From NCBI GenBank assembly GCA_963695855.1, contig CAVOHZ010000010.1:1504001-1568000 (forward strand): 64,000 nucleotides of DNA, given 5' to 3'. Within the stretch, counting starts at the first letter, position 1. Each line of letters starts with the position of its first letter. Positions 49,676-59,545 of the stretch are shown here, piece after piece. The translations under genes and the position numbers were made by a program. The stretch comes from an uncultured Nitrososphaerales archaeon. GTDB taxonomy: Archaea; Thermoproteota; Nitrososphaeria; Nitrososphaerales; Nitrososphaeraceae. Below the pieces are notes generated by a model. That model had not been told where the DNA came from. It searched no databases and saw only the letters and a program-made list of their open reading frames with translations.

Positions 49676-50905
49676 CTAAAAATCTTTTAAATGTTGCAGT
49701 ATCATTGGAAGAAATACACCCACATCAGTTACTATTCCAATAGCTTGAGTTGTACCTCTATCCAATAGTTTGGTGACAACAGATTGATTTATATCAACTG
49801 CAATGACTTTTACATACGAGGGTAACATATTTCCTACGGCGATTGAATGCAACATTGATGAAAGCATTATTACCATTTTTACATCCTTCAAAATTTCTTT
49901 ATATTTCCTTTGAGCCTCAACAATATCAGTAACAACATCTGGAATAGGACCATCGTCTCTTATAGATCCAGACAATACATATGGAATATTATTTTTAATA
50001 CATTCATACATAATTCCTTTCGTTAGAGATCCCTTTTCAACCATTTTCTTTATTGAACCGTATTTAAAAACTTCATTGATTGACTGCATGTGATTTCTGT
50101 GTCCTCGTACTGCTAAAGTTCCGTCATCGATATTCATTCCAAGAGAAGTACCCAATAATGCATTTTCAATATCATGAACTGCTAACGCATTTCCAGCAAG
50201 TAACCCGTCAATATAGCCCATACTTATTAATTTGGCTAAGGATTGTGAACCACCAGAGTGTACTATTACTGGTCCTCCTACGGCAACTATTTTACCTTTT
50301 TTTTGTTTTACATCATAAATATCGTTTGCTACTTTTTTGATAATATGTTGGGTTGGTCTCTCACTAGATGAGCTACTACTCATAAATTGAAATATATCGA
50401 CTCCCTGACGCGGTCTTTCTTCTGGGATAATTCTTATGCCTCTTTCCTTTACTACTACAGGATCTCCTTTTTTTATATCTCTTATCATTTTACATTCGGC
50501 AATATTTTTTTGTGTATCAACCACTATACACTTATCCATCATAATATTTTTGACATCGATCCATTTTCCACCATAATAAATCTGCGTTGGTTTATTAGTA
50601 GTACTATAAAACAAATCTGGCATAACCATATTCGCTGGAGATGGTTCCAACAAGACATCTTTTTTAGTGATTGGTTGAGCACCTTCTCTATAAACAGCTT
50701 CTAATATCTCATCTAGGTGTTTTTGGTCCTTGCCGTTTATTACTAGTCTGGCATAACTAGGAGATGTTTTCTTTCGACCGACGTTAAATTCAATAACTTT
50801 GAAATCACCTTTTAGATCCATGATCTTATCGAAAATATTAGTCAGGATCATTGAATCAATCAAATGGCCTTTAACTTCTATTTCCTGTTCTATTTTTTTC
50901 GCCAA
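49676..50905 (-). CDS. TIGR00300-family protein (putative ornithine cyclodeaminase)
   Basis: GHLIDS, FYSTTN, GNALAVHDIE, GSIRDDGP motifs. Confidence 0.85.
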   Translation of the reverse strand: MAKKIEQEIEVKGHLIDSMILTNIFDKIMDLKGDFKVIEFNVGRKKTSPSYARLVINGKDQKHLDEILEAVYREGAQPITKKDVLLEPSPANMVMPDLFYSTTNKPTQIYYGGKWIDVKNIMMDKCIVVDTQKNIAECKMIRDIKKGDPVVVKERGIRIIPEERPRQGVDIFQFMSSSSSSERPTQHIIKKVANDIYDVKQKKGKIVAVGGPVIVHSGGSQSLAKLISMGYIDGLLAGNALAVHDIENALLGTSLGMNIDDGTLAVRGHRNHMQSINEVFKYGSIKKMVEKGSLTKGIMYECIKNNIPYVLSGSIRDDGPIPDVVTDIVEAQRKYKEILKDVKMVIMLSSMLHSIAVGNMLPSYVKVIAVDINQSVVTKLLDRGTTQAIGIVTDVGVFLPMILQHLKDF

Positions 50906-50945
50906 ATTACATTGTTAGATACAGTGTTGGGTACTTAAGGGTTAA

Positions 50946-51269
50946 TTATATAGGCAAAGATAATTTTCCAAAATACTCCTGTAACTTCTGCTCCTCTTTT
51001 ATTTTTAAAATAATATTATTCTTATCTTCTTCTGAAAACCATTGTGCAATAGTTTTTGCTATCCCATTACTATCACATAACACTATCATATATCCATTGG
51101 ATTCTTGAACCACTGCAACAAGATTTTCTTCTCCTACCGGAGACCAGTCATTTAATTTAGTATCTTTAAGGGCAAGAGCTGGCATTGCATTTCCCGTATA
51201 GAGTTCTAGAAGATCTCGTGCCTGTTTAACTCTTTTCTCTCCAAGTTTTAACGCCATAAAATATTGCAT
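50946..51269 (-). CDS. Hypothetical protein
   Basis: 107-aa ORF co-oriented with its neighbours. Confidence 0.7.
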   Translation of the reverse strand: MQYFMALKLGEKRVKQARDLLELYTGNAMPALALKDTKLNDWSPVGEENLVAVVQESNGYMIVLCDSNGIAKTIAQWFSEEDKNNIILKIKEEQKLQEYFGKLSLPI

Positions 51270-51279
51270 TTTATATACA

Positions 51280-51933
51280 TTATTTTTTATCTAAAGAGTA
51301 TTTTAAATTTTTCAAGATATTTGAAATACCTAAAATCCCATATAATGATGGATCATCTTCCTGATTACAATATTTTTCTATAGATTTGAAGAATTGTTCT
51401 AAATATCTGATTGGATAACCCTGAAGGAAATACTCTCTTGCTTGTAACAACATTTCTAACTTATCCATTTTATGAACTAATCGAGCTTCTTCTGATCCAT
51501 TTAACAAGAATTCTCTCCATATTCCAATGTAATCTATCCTGACGGAAACAGGAAGGGAAAACAATATGGATTTCATAACTTTATTTTCCTTCATCTTTTT
51601 TTCCTTCTCAGGAATTTCACCTGGCATAATATCACCCATTATTGATTCGGCCAGATCGTGTATTATACACATCTTCATTACTTTTCCAGTATCCAGACCT
51701 AAAATATCAGAAAAAACCATACAGAGTGCAGATAAGGAATAGCTGTGATCAGCAATAGATTCTCCATTAAGTATTTTTCCTTTCGCAAGCCATCCTGTTC
51801 TTTTTATTTTCTTTAATCTAAATATGGATTGAATAAAAGTGTCAATGTCTACATCATGGGATTCGTTGTTACTTACACTATTACTAATATCAATAATTTT
51901 ATTATCATCTTTAACATCATTTGGTGTATACAT
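51280..51933 (-). CDS. HD-domain hydrolase (YfbR/HDDC2-like)
   Basis: RTGW, ESIADHS, HDLAE, DKLE. Confidence 0.9.
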   Translation of the reverse strand: MYTPNDVKDDNKIIDISNSVSNNESHDVDIDTFIQSIFRLKKIKRTGWLAKGKILNGESIADHSYSLSALCMVFSDILGLDTGKVMKMCIIHDLAESIMGDIMPGEIPEKEKKMKENKVMKSILFSLPVSVRIDYIGIWREFLLNGSEEARLVHKMDKLEMLLQAREYFLQGYPIRYLEQFFKSIEKYCNQEDDPSLYGILGISNILKNLKYSLDKK

Positions 51934-52200
51934 ACAATATAAGAAAAAAACATGGGTTTTATCTTTTTATTCATTTAAGTGTAATATACCAAGATAAATC
52001 ACGGCTGAATGATATAAGATATCATTATTAAATCTGATGAAAAGATAGACATAATCAACGGTTTTAGAAAGATGTCAAAAAGATGGGCTAGCAATATTGT
52101 AATAATTCCCATTATGACAGTAATTACTATGATTATAGCAACATTTCGTATTTGTCCCATTTAAAGACACTACTTTTTGATTGTAAATTTCTTAATTATA

Positions 52201-52770
52201 TTAAGATTTCCATGCAACATCGGATACACCTAATCTTTTATTTATCAATCTAGCTATGACAAACAACAAATCAGAGAATCTGTTTAAATAGACAAGTATC
52301 AAATTATTCACTGTTTCAGCTGAAGTAGAAAGTAATTTTGAAACGTTCGTTTCTGCTCTCCTAGTAATACTCCTAGCAATTTGAAGATGTGCTGATTCTA
52401 CAGAACCACCTGGCAATATAAAAAACGTTATAGGATCAAGTTCGCTTTCATACATGTCGATTTTATTTTCTAGATAATCTATCATCTCTTTTTTTACCCT
52501 AATAGAAGATGGTTTTTTCAAGTCAGGATCAGCGAGATCGGATCCCATAACAAAGAGATCATTCTGTAATGAGGTAAGTAATTCTATCAGATCTTGGAAA
52601 AAAAATGCGGAATTTTGTCTTTGTAGCAAAATTGAAATACATAATCCGACATAAGAATTAAGCTCATCAACGCTTCCATAACATATTATTCTTGCATCAT
52701 TCTTTGGTATTCTTTGGCCACCTATAAGACCAGTATATCCATTATCACCTGTCTTTGTATAAATCCTCAT
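52201..52770 (-). CDS. PduO-type cob(I)alamin adenosyltransferase
   Basis: IYTKTGD.G.T, GSVDELNS, RRAE, YLNR.SDLLF. Confidence 0.93.
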   Translation of the reverse strand: MRIYTKTGDNGYTGLIGGQRIPKNDARIICYGSVDELNSYVGLCISILLQRQNSAFFFQDLIELLTSLQNDLFVMGSDLADPDLKKPSSIRVKKEMIDYLENKIDMYESELDPITFFILPGGSVESAHLQIARSITRRAETNVSKLLSTSAETVNNLILVYLNRFSDLLFVIARLINKRLGVSDVAWKS

Positions 52771-52859
52771 ATATCATTAATAAAATCTTCTTATAGCAAT
52801 TAATATTATCGATACTCAATTATGGAATACAAGTATATTATAATGTTGATTATAAAGAC

Positions 52860-53030
52860 TTAGTATGAATGTACCTCTGCCTTGTGTTCTCGAAGGTATT
52901 TTTTTTTCTTGAACCTTTCATTGCATTTATCACATTTGAAAGGCATATCAAATTCCAGAAGAAATCTTTTTTTCCTTTCCTCTGCAGTTTCTACAACTTG
53001 ATTGGATTCAGGATTAACTGAATTATTCAT
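52860..53030 (-). CDS. Small C2H2 Zn-finger protein (56 aa, missing from the ORF track)
   Basis: Manual translation ends PFKCDKCNERFKKKKYLREHKAEVHSY. Confidence 0.8.
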   Translation of the reverse strand: MNNSVNPESNQVVETAEERKKRFLLEFDMPFKCDKCNERFKKKKYLREHKAEVHSY

Positions 53031-53246
53031 TTTGCTTATCTCCTAGCAAATTATTTTTAATCTTTATTTAGTTTTAGATATATAGTTATGTTAAAAAAGT
53101 TATTAATAAAATTACTTTTATTTTTATAGAAATATTATAAATTTGATTTTATATGAATATTCAACAATATAAATCTTATATAAAACAGAAAATTCGTGAA
53201 TCAAAATAGAATTATATATTGATGAAATTAATTTAGTTATTTAAAT

Positions 53247-53347
53247 GCCGTCGTAGCTCAGCCTGGGAGAGCACTCGACTCGTTATGGTAATCACGAGGG
53301 TGAAGCTGAAGACCGAGCTGTCGTGAGATCAAATCTCACCGACGGCA
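53247..53347 (+). tRNA. tRNA-Phe (GAA) with a 27-nt intron (53278-53304) at position 30/31
   Basis: Acceptor GCCGTCG/CGACGGC, D stem GCTC/GAGC, spliced anticodon stem CTCGG/CCGAG, T stem GTGAG/CTCAC; bulge-helix-bulge at the junctions. Confidence 0.92.
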
Positions 53348-53390
53348 TTAATTAATAATATATTATACTACTCACATTAGGATCGTATTA

Positions 53391-53555
53391 TTGAATGCTA
53401 TAATACAACTACTTAGAAGATTATTTTGTTCACATAGTGATTCATTCTCTTTCAGATTATACAATAATTTTGATTTCAGTGAATATTATAAGTGTGCAAA
53501 ATGCGGCAAAATCTTAGGTTATTTTAGCGGATTTGACGAGGATCTGAGAGGTTGA
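53391..53555 (+). CDS. Small Zn-binding protein (54 aa, missing from the ORF track)
   Basis: RRLFCSH...YKCAKCGK; TTG start; stop overlaps the next start (TTGA). Confidence 0.55.
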   Translation: MNAIIQLLRRLFCSHSDSFSFRLYNNFDFSEYYKCAKCGKILGYFSGFDEDLRG

Positions 53556-53764
53556 TAAAATTAGTTACTAAAATTAGTCTTCAATTGCTAATAGTAAGTT
53601 GGTGGATAGGAGCTTCGATAGCATTAGCTTCGTTTTTGATCCCGGTATATAACTATCATATTATTGTTGCATTTATTGGATGGTCAATTATTGTTGGAAG
53701 TACTATACTAATAATTTATGAAATAAAGAAAATAAAGGAAGAGGATAGAAAAACTAAGTCATAG
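53552..53764 (+). CDS. Small two-TM membrane protein
   Basis: Two hydrophobic helices and a charged tail. Confidence 0.65.
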   Translation: MIKLVTKISLQLLIVSWWIGASIALASFLIPVYNYHIIVAFIGWSIIVGSTILIIYEIKKIKEEDRKTKS

Positions 53765-53803
53765 AATAACTATGTAGAATTGCTAAATATAAATAAAATT
53801 AGA

Positions 53804-54058
53804 TTAAAGACTTTCTTTCCCACCTTGTTCCTCTATTACTACTAAAGTAACTGTTGAGGTAATACCAGGGATTTTCCTTATCTTGTTTGTGATCGTGTTA
53901 TTCATTGATTCAGTATCACTGGATCGAACTTTAACAAACACATCATGAACGCCATAGGTTCCTCTTACTTCCTTCACATCTGACAACGTTGTCAATTCGC
54001 TAATTATTTTTTCTTCCGAGCCTAAAGTACAATTAACCAAAATATATGCTGTGGGCAT
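53804..54058 (-). CDS. Lrp/AsnC ligand-binding-domain protein
   Basis: AYILVN...GTYGVHD...STVTL. Confidence 0.88.
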   Translation of the reverse strand: MPTAYILVNCTLGSEEKIISELTTLSDVKEVRGTYGVHDVFVKVRSSDTESMNNTITNKIRKIPGITSTVTLVVIEEQGGKESL

Positions 54059-54213
54059 TGATTTATCTTGTTTTGATTAATATTTTAGTTTTATTTTTTT
54101 TTAACCAAAATATTGCCAAATAGATAAGATATTTATCAAAGCTATTGAGAATAGACACAGACTAAAAGTTTTTCAAAATCTATTTTAAAGTTAAATAATT
54201 ATAATTATCTAAA

Positions 54214-55077
54214 ATGCGGCTACCTTCAAAAGGAGACGATGAATTCGTTTCAAATATTAATAAAGAAGTAGATAGGATTAACTATGAATTTATAACATTT
54301 CTGAAACCCAAATTGATCATGCAAAAGGTTAATGTCATGTTAGGAGATGGAACTATTACCACTTCAGAAACATTCGATCCAAGAGAAATTCGGAATTTGT
54401 TTCAAAGCTTTTTGAAAGTATTAGACGGGTGGATTGTATCTGATATTTCTGAATCTAAGACTGATGATTTGCATCGTTTATTTTTTCAGATTTCAACTAC
54501 TATAGATAAATTTTATATTTATGGATATTTTGGGATACAATTTCATGCACTATCATTCTACAATGTTGATAAAAGAGTTATTGAAATACAAAAAGAATTA
54601 ATAAAACTCAATCAAGAACAATTTGAAAGTTTTTCTTTATTAACAGAAAAAGGAAATGAAACAATAAAAGAAGAATTGAAAAAAAGTGGAAAAGATATGC
54701 TAAACTTTGAAGAATTATTCACGATACTATTTGAGGATCCTCAACTAATGTCAAGATTGGAAAAAATTGCCTTACGACATGAAAAAGACTTTCCAGAAAT
54801 AACGATTTTGAACAGAAAGAGAGAGCGTTTAGTATCAGAGTTAAACGATATGGTTAGAGAGCTATACAGAATATCTACAATTGGAATAGATTACAACAGA
54901 TTGATGCAAGGAGAGGAAGGAATTATATCTTATTTCGAAATAGCAGGTATCAGTAATAAAAAGAGTGGTATAAGAGATCCCTATATAAATACAAAAATAA
55001 TTAAAAAAGCAACGACAGAAAGTATTCTTGAAAAATTAAATGAAATAGTTCGTATATTAAAACTAGTATCCAGTTAA
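54214..55077 (+). CDS. Hypothetical coiled-coil protein
   Basis: 287-aa ORF, no motif recognised. Confidence 0.7.
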   Translation: MRLPSKGDDEFVSNINKEVDRINYEFITFLKPKLIMQKVNVMLGDGTITTSETFDPREIRNLFQSFLKVLDGWIVSDISESKTDDLHRLFFQISTTIDKFYIYGYFGIQFHALSFYNVDKRVIEIQKELIKLNQEQFESFSLLTEKGNETIKEELKKSGKDMLNFEELFTILFEDPQLMSRLEKIALRHEKDFPEITILNRKRERLVSELNDMVRELYRISTIGIDYNRLMQGEEGIISYFEIAGISNKKSGIRDPYINTKIIKKATTESILEKLNEIVRILKLVSS

Positions 55078-55138
55078 TCTTCTTATTTTAATAAAATAGC
55101 AAATTATAATTAGAAATGAAAATCTATTCTTTAATATA

Positions 55139-56380
55139 ATGAGCAGTGATTTAAATTTAGAAACAAAAAAATTTCCGGTCTATGAGGATATTATAAGAAG
55201 TAGAGAAGTATTAAAAAGCTTTGTTGGAAAAACTTCTCTCTATAAATCTAATACTTTTTCTAAAATTATAGGTACGAATGTTTTCTTAAAAAATGAGGCT
55301 TTGCAAAAAACAGGATCCTTTAAAGTAAGAGGAGCACTTTACAAGATCCAATCTTTATCTGAGGAAGAAATAAAATATGGAATCATAGCTGCATCAGCAG
55401 GTAATCATGCTCAAGGTGTAGCTTATGCGGCGGGTATAAGAAATGTTCCATGTACAATTGTAATGCCAATTAATGCATCTCCTGCAAAAATTGCTGCAAC
55501 AAGATCTTATAATGCACAAGTTATTCTAAGAGGTTCTGACTATGATGAGGCTTGGATAATGGCAAAGGAAATGGCAAGAAACGAGAACAAGACTATAATA
55601 CATGCCTTTGATGATCCCAAGGTAATAGCTGGACAAGGTTCTATAGGTTTAGAGTTAATGGAAGATCTACCTGACCTGGATGAGGTTTATCTTCCTGTAG
55701 GTGGAGGGGGTCTTGCTGCAGGGGTTGCTATAGCAATAAAAGAGAAAAAAAGAAATGTTAGAATTATTGGTGTTGAATCGAAGGCATTTCCTGCAATGAA
55801 AGAATCTTTAGAGAAAGGATCGATTCAGACAAAAAAAGGAGAATTTAGTATAGCTGATGGAATTGCAGTAAAATCGCCAGGAAATTTAACTTTTGAAATA
55901 GCAAAAAAATATCTCGACGATGTAGTATTAGTTGATGATAGTTCCATAGTAAAAACTATGTTTCTATTAATGGAAAGATTGAAGTTAGTCATCGAACCTG
56001 CTGGTGCAGCAAGTTTAGCTTATTTAATGACCAGTGGTCACAAAAATAAAAATAAAAAAATTGTATCAATTCTTTCAGGAGGCAATGTTGATATGTATCT
56101 ACTTGGACAGGTAGTGGCAAAAGGACTTATGCAAATGAACAGAATGTTAAAAATTTTTATACAATTACCAGACAAACCTGGAGCTTTGAAAACTGTTGTA
56201 GACGGTATTTCTGATCTAAGCGTAAATATTGTTGAGGTAGTACATGATAGACTCAGTTCAAATATCGCTGCAGGAACAGCAGGAGTTTATTTAAGCTTAG
56301 AATTGGAAAATGAGAAACATTCAGAACTTTTGATAGAGTTTCTAAAGAGAAAAGAAATAGATTTCAAAATAATTACATAA
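55139..56380 (+). CDS. ilvA: Threonine ammonia-lyase with C-terminal ACT domain
   Basis: GSFKVRG PLP lysine, SAGNHAQG, VGGGGL, PDKPG ACT motif. Confidence 0.93.
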   Translation: MSSDLNLETKKFPVYEDIIRSREVLKSFVGKTSLYKSNTFSKIIGTNVFLKNEALQKTGSFKVRGALYKIQSLSEEEIKYGIIAASAGNHAQGVAYAAGIRNVPCTIVMPINASPAKIAATRSYNAQVILRGSDYDEAWIMAKEMARNENKTIIHAFDDPKVIAGQGSIGLELMEDLPDLDEVYLPVGGGGLAAGVAIAIKEKKRNVRIIGVESKAFPAMKESLEKGSIQTKKGEFSIADGIAVKSPGNLTFEIAKKYLDDVVLVDDSSIVKTMFLLMERLKLVIEPAGAASLAYLMTSGHKNKNKKIVSILSGGNVDMYLLGQVVAKGLMQMNRMLKIFIQLPDKPGALKTVVDGISDLSVNIVEVVHDRLSSNIAAGTAGVYLSLELENEKHSELLIEFLKRKEIDFKIIT

Positions 56381-56698
56381 AGCCAGTTAATAATTACTTT
56401 TCTTTATATCTTATTTCATACCTCAATTTAAAGATACAATCAGTTTTATTTCACTGATATACTTTATCTATGTATTGGTAGCAATAACTTTTTGCCTTTT
56501 TATTGGATTGAGTAATTATTTTATTCTAGGAAACACTAGTGATTTGTTGTTGCAATTGTTTTTGATATGAATTTCTTAGACACATAAACATAACTCATTA
56601 TTTTCTTTCAACTTTGAAATGTCTGAAATCCGTTTTTCAAAAGTACAATTGAAGATATATCAAATAGTTTCCTTTAATAAATATCAAATTCTATATTT

Positions 56699-57961
56699 TT
56701 AAAATCCGCACTTAATTGGATCTTTAGGTTTTATTAATTCTCTTAACAAAGTCGTTGCATATGATCCCTTTGGTAGTTTAAAGGAAAGAATATTTGATCC
56801 TGAATGCATGAAATCAGTACAACATAGAGATGTCTGTCTAAATCCCGTCTGTAGACTTAGTTCCTGCAATTCTTTTACGTAGAAATTAATTGGCAATATT
56901 TCATCATCATGTAAAATTCTTCTAATTATATTATCAAATCTACTATCCTTTCCTGCCTGAAAGTTATACCCAACAAGGCGTATTGCTGGAATGATATTTT
57001 CATATGAATCAACTTTGCTAAATTTTTTTATTTTTCCAAAAATCAATGGTTTTTCTATTTCGAAACATAGATCTCCATTATTGGATACATGAATATCTTC
57101 ACCTTTAAGGATTGCTGTACTAAGGCACTTATTATAAACATAGGATTGATAGGCATGAACAAATAATCTTCTGATAGATATTGGGAGAGACCTTAATGCA
57201 AAAATCGGTCCTTTTCCATCAGCAAGAACAGACATTATTTTTCTTTCTAAATCCATGCCTTTTGGGATATTTTTGATCAGTATAGGATAATTTTTTGGAT
57301 CTCGACTCTTTTCCCTGATCTCTTTTGAGAATTTGGAATCATATATAGAAGTATAACAAAGTAAATATTCTATTGCTTTATCAAATTGTCTTTTTAAAAT
57401 AGCTTTTCCAACTAAATGTGTCACCATACGTTCGCTTCCAAATCGTTGCAATCCATAAAAATTAGCTATTTTGTTTATTTCTGATGAAAATAAACTCAGA
57501 TCATCTTTTAATACGTTGTGAATTCTTATCTCAAAATTGTTTCCAATGAGTATAGATTTCGACAAGGGTTTACTCAAAAATCCTAATAAAGATAGCCGAA
57601 TTTTTGAAGTTTGAATCTCTCTTGGAAAGTTCTTTGTATTTTCCGCACTTGCATATTGAACTGTTATGGCCTTTGCATCCTTGATACCTAATATTCTTAG
57701 ATTTAATCCTGTTTTCTTTTTGATCTCGATTAAAGCATGATTTGAATCCAAACCATTTTTTTGTAACAAAAAAAGAGGGAATTTATTAGTTTTATTTTGT
57801 TGAGAAGAGAAATAAGGAGATTTTAAAAAAGATTCATTTATCAATTCGGAAACATAGAAATCATTATTTTTTTCTTTTATTCTCCCATTTATGCCTGGGA
57901 ATTCTGTACAATAACAGTCTATACCGGCTTGACGATCGATATCTGGAACGATATTTGCCAC
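56699..57961 (-). CDS. truD: tRNA pseudouridine(13) synthase
   Basis: DFYVSE, GIKDAKA.T.Q, NFYGLQRFG, GSYAT. Confidence 0.94.
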   Translation of the reverse strand: MANIVPDIDRQAGIDCYCTEFPGINGRIKEKNNDFYVSELINESFLKSPYFSSQQNKTNKFPLFLLQKNGLDSNHALIEIKKKTGLNLRILGIKDAKAITVQYASAENTKNFPREIQTSKIRLSLLGFLSKPLSKSILIGNNFEIRIHNVLKDDLSLFSSEINKIANFYGLQRFGSERMVTHLVGKAILKRQFDKAIEYLLCYTSIYDSKFSKEIREKSRDPKNYPILIKNIPKGMDLERKIMSVLADGKGPIFALRSLPISIRRLFVHAYQSYVYNKCLSTAILKGEDIHVSNNGDLCFEIEKPLIFGKIKKFSKVDSYENIIPAIRLVGYNFQAGKDSRFDNIIRRILHDDEILPINFYVKELQELSLQTGFRQTSLCCTDFMHSGSNILSFKLPKGSYATTLLRELIKPKDPIKCGF

Positions 57962-58063
57962 AAAATCAGGTCATTAAAGATAAATATAAACAATTCAATG
58001 ACATTCTATATCAAAGGGTAAAAATAAGGATTTATATTCAAACAAAGTATAAATTAATTAGAT

Positions 58064-58456
58064 ATGGGATTGGTGATGTACATGGCAAAAGAAGTAATGA
58101 AAGAAATTAATAACAAATCCAAGGAATTTTATGAATTTGTCCTTCCTCCTGTAGATATGCTAGATAATGGAAAAGATTTATTGATTATTATTGATTTACC
58201 TGGATTCGATAAAAAGGATATTGACCTTAGAATAACAAAGAATATACTTTCAATAAAAGCAAATAGAAAAGACAATAACGAGGATAGCACAAGTACAGTT
58301 TACTTTAAACATAGACCTACCAAGATAAATAAGAAAATAATTTTACCTTTCTCAGTTGAAGACGAAGAAATAACTGGAACTGCCAATTATTTAGATGGGA
58401 TAGTTACTTTACGTATTCCTCTTAAAAAGAGTGGTAGTGAGATACCAGTTACTTAA
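58064..58456 (+). CDS. Small heat-shock protein Hsp20
   Basis: DLPG and A.Y.DGIVTL.IP alpha-crystallin motifs. Confidence 0.9.
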   Translation: MGLVMYMAKEVMKEINNKSKEFYEFVLPPVDMLDNGKDLLIIIDLPGFDKKDIDLRITKNILSIKANRKDNNEDSTSTVYFKHRPTKINKKIILPFSVEDEEITGTANYLDGIVTLRIPLKKSGSEIPVT

Positions 58457-58624
58457 TTTACGATAAGTGATTAAAAATTACTTTTAATTAAGATTTGGTT
58501 AACTTGTTCGTCGATAGACTAAGCTTTTTACATGTTAAACTTTTCAGGAGTCAGGAAAAATAATGGATCTCTATAACATGATTGTAGGATAAAATCCATC
58601 CTCAATCAATTAAATCCTTAGATA

Positions 58625-59545
58625 TCATTCAGCTGATAAATCCCAATAATTTGCATCCTTAAATTCTATTTTTGGCTTACCTAATGCTTTCCAATCTTTA
58701 AATGATTTAGAATATAATTTCACATTTTTGACTCCAGCCAATTTTAATGCATAGTATGCTAGTCCGGATAACGTACCTACACTTCCACAGTAAGTAATCA
58801 CTTCAGAATCTGGTTCAATTCCCCTATTTTCAATAAAACGTTTCAGATCTTGCACTGGTCGCAAAATGTTGTCAACGGTTCCCAACATTGTATATGGAAT
58901 ATTTTTTGCGTTTGGAATATGTTCTGTTAAAAAGTTTAGTCGTTCTCTAGAATCTATTAAGATCTTGTTAGGATTATTTTGTGTAGATTCCACATAGTTC
59001 GCATCTGCATGAATAGATTGATTTAATTTTAGAGAATGGACTTTTCTAGGAAAAGTATTATTCTTTTTTTCTATTTCTAAACCAAGATTTTTCCAATTCG
59101 TAAAAGTCATTTCAAGCAACGAGGTATTATCATGTCCGACATATTGAAAGGTCCATGCTACTCTTGCAGCTAAAGCTCCAAAAGTATCATCATAAACAAC
59201 TAGTGGAGTTTCTTTTGATACTCCAATATCTTCCAATATTTTTATGATCTGCTCAGGAGTATCATTAGAAATTATTTTTGCAAGAGGTAATGAGACTGCA
59301 GTGGGAATATGTGCTTTCTTATAGTCTTCGGATCTACGAACATCTACAACTCTAACAGATTTTTTTCTGATTAATGTTCTTAATGTATCTACATCACAGA
59401 TTATTGGAAGTGGTGAATATGACTTTTTTAATTCCTGTCTTTTCGTAACAGAATCTTTTGGTGGTATTACATGTCTCTTATATCGGTTTTGTGTATTTTT
59501 TTTAATATTTTCTTTTATTGTAACACTTTTTTTCAAGCGGCGCAT
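58625..59545 (-). CDS. Rhodanese-like sulfurtransferase
   Basis: Tandem rhodanese domains (HIP.A twice; YCG active site); start uncertain. Confidence 0.88.
   Translation of the reverse strand: MRRLKKSVTIKENIKKNTQNRYKRHVIPPKDSVTKRQELKKSYSPLPIICDVDTLRTLIRKKSVRVVDVRRSEDYKKAHIPTAVSLPLAKIISNDTPEQIIKILEDIGVSKETPLVVYDDTFGALAARVAWTFQYVGHDNTSLLEMTFTNWKNLGLEIEKKNNTFPRKVHSLKLNQSIHADANYVESTQNNPNKILIDSRERLNFLTEHIPNAKNIPYTMLGTVDNILRPVQDLKRFIENRGIEPDSEVITYCGSVGTLSGLAYYALKLAGVKNVKLYSKSFKDWKALGKPKIEFKDANYWDLSAE

Noticed and set aside
53247-53347. tRNA-Phe as the integration site of the element
   Set aside because: It is ~25 kb away and no duplicated tRNA fragment was seen at either element end.
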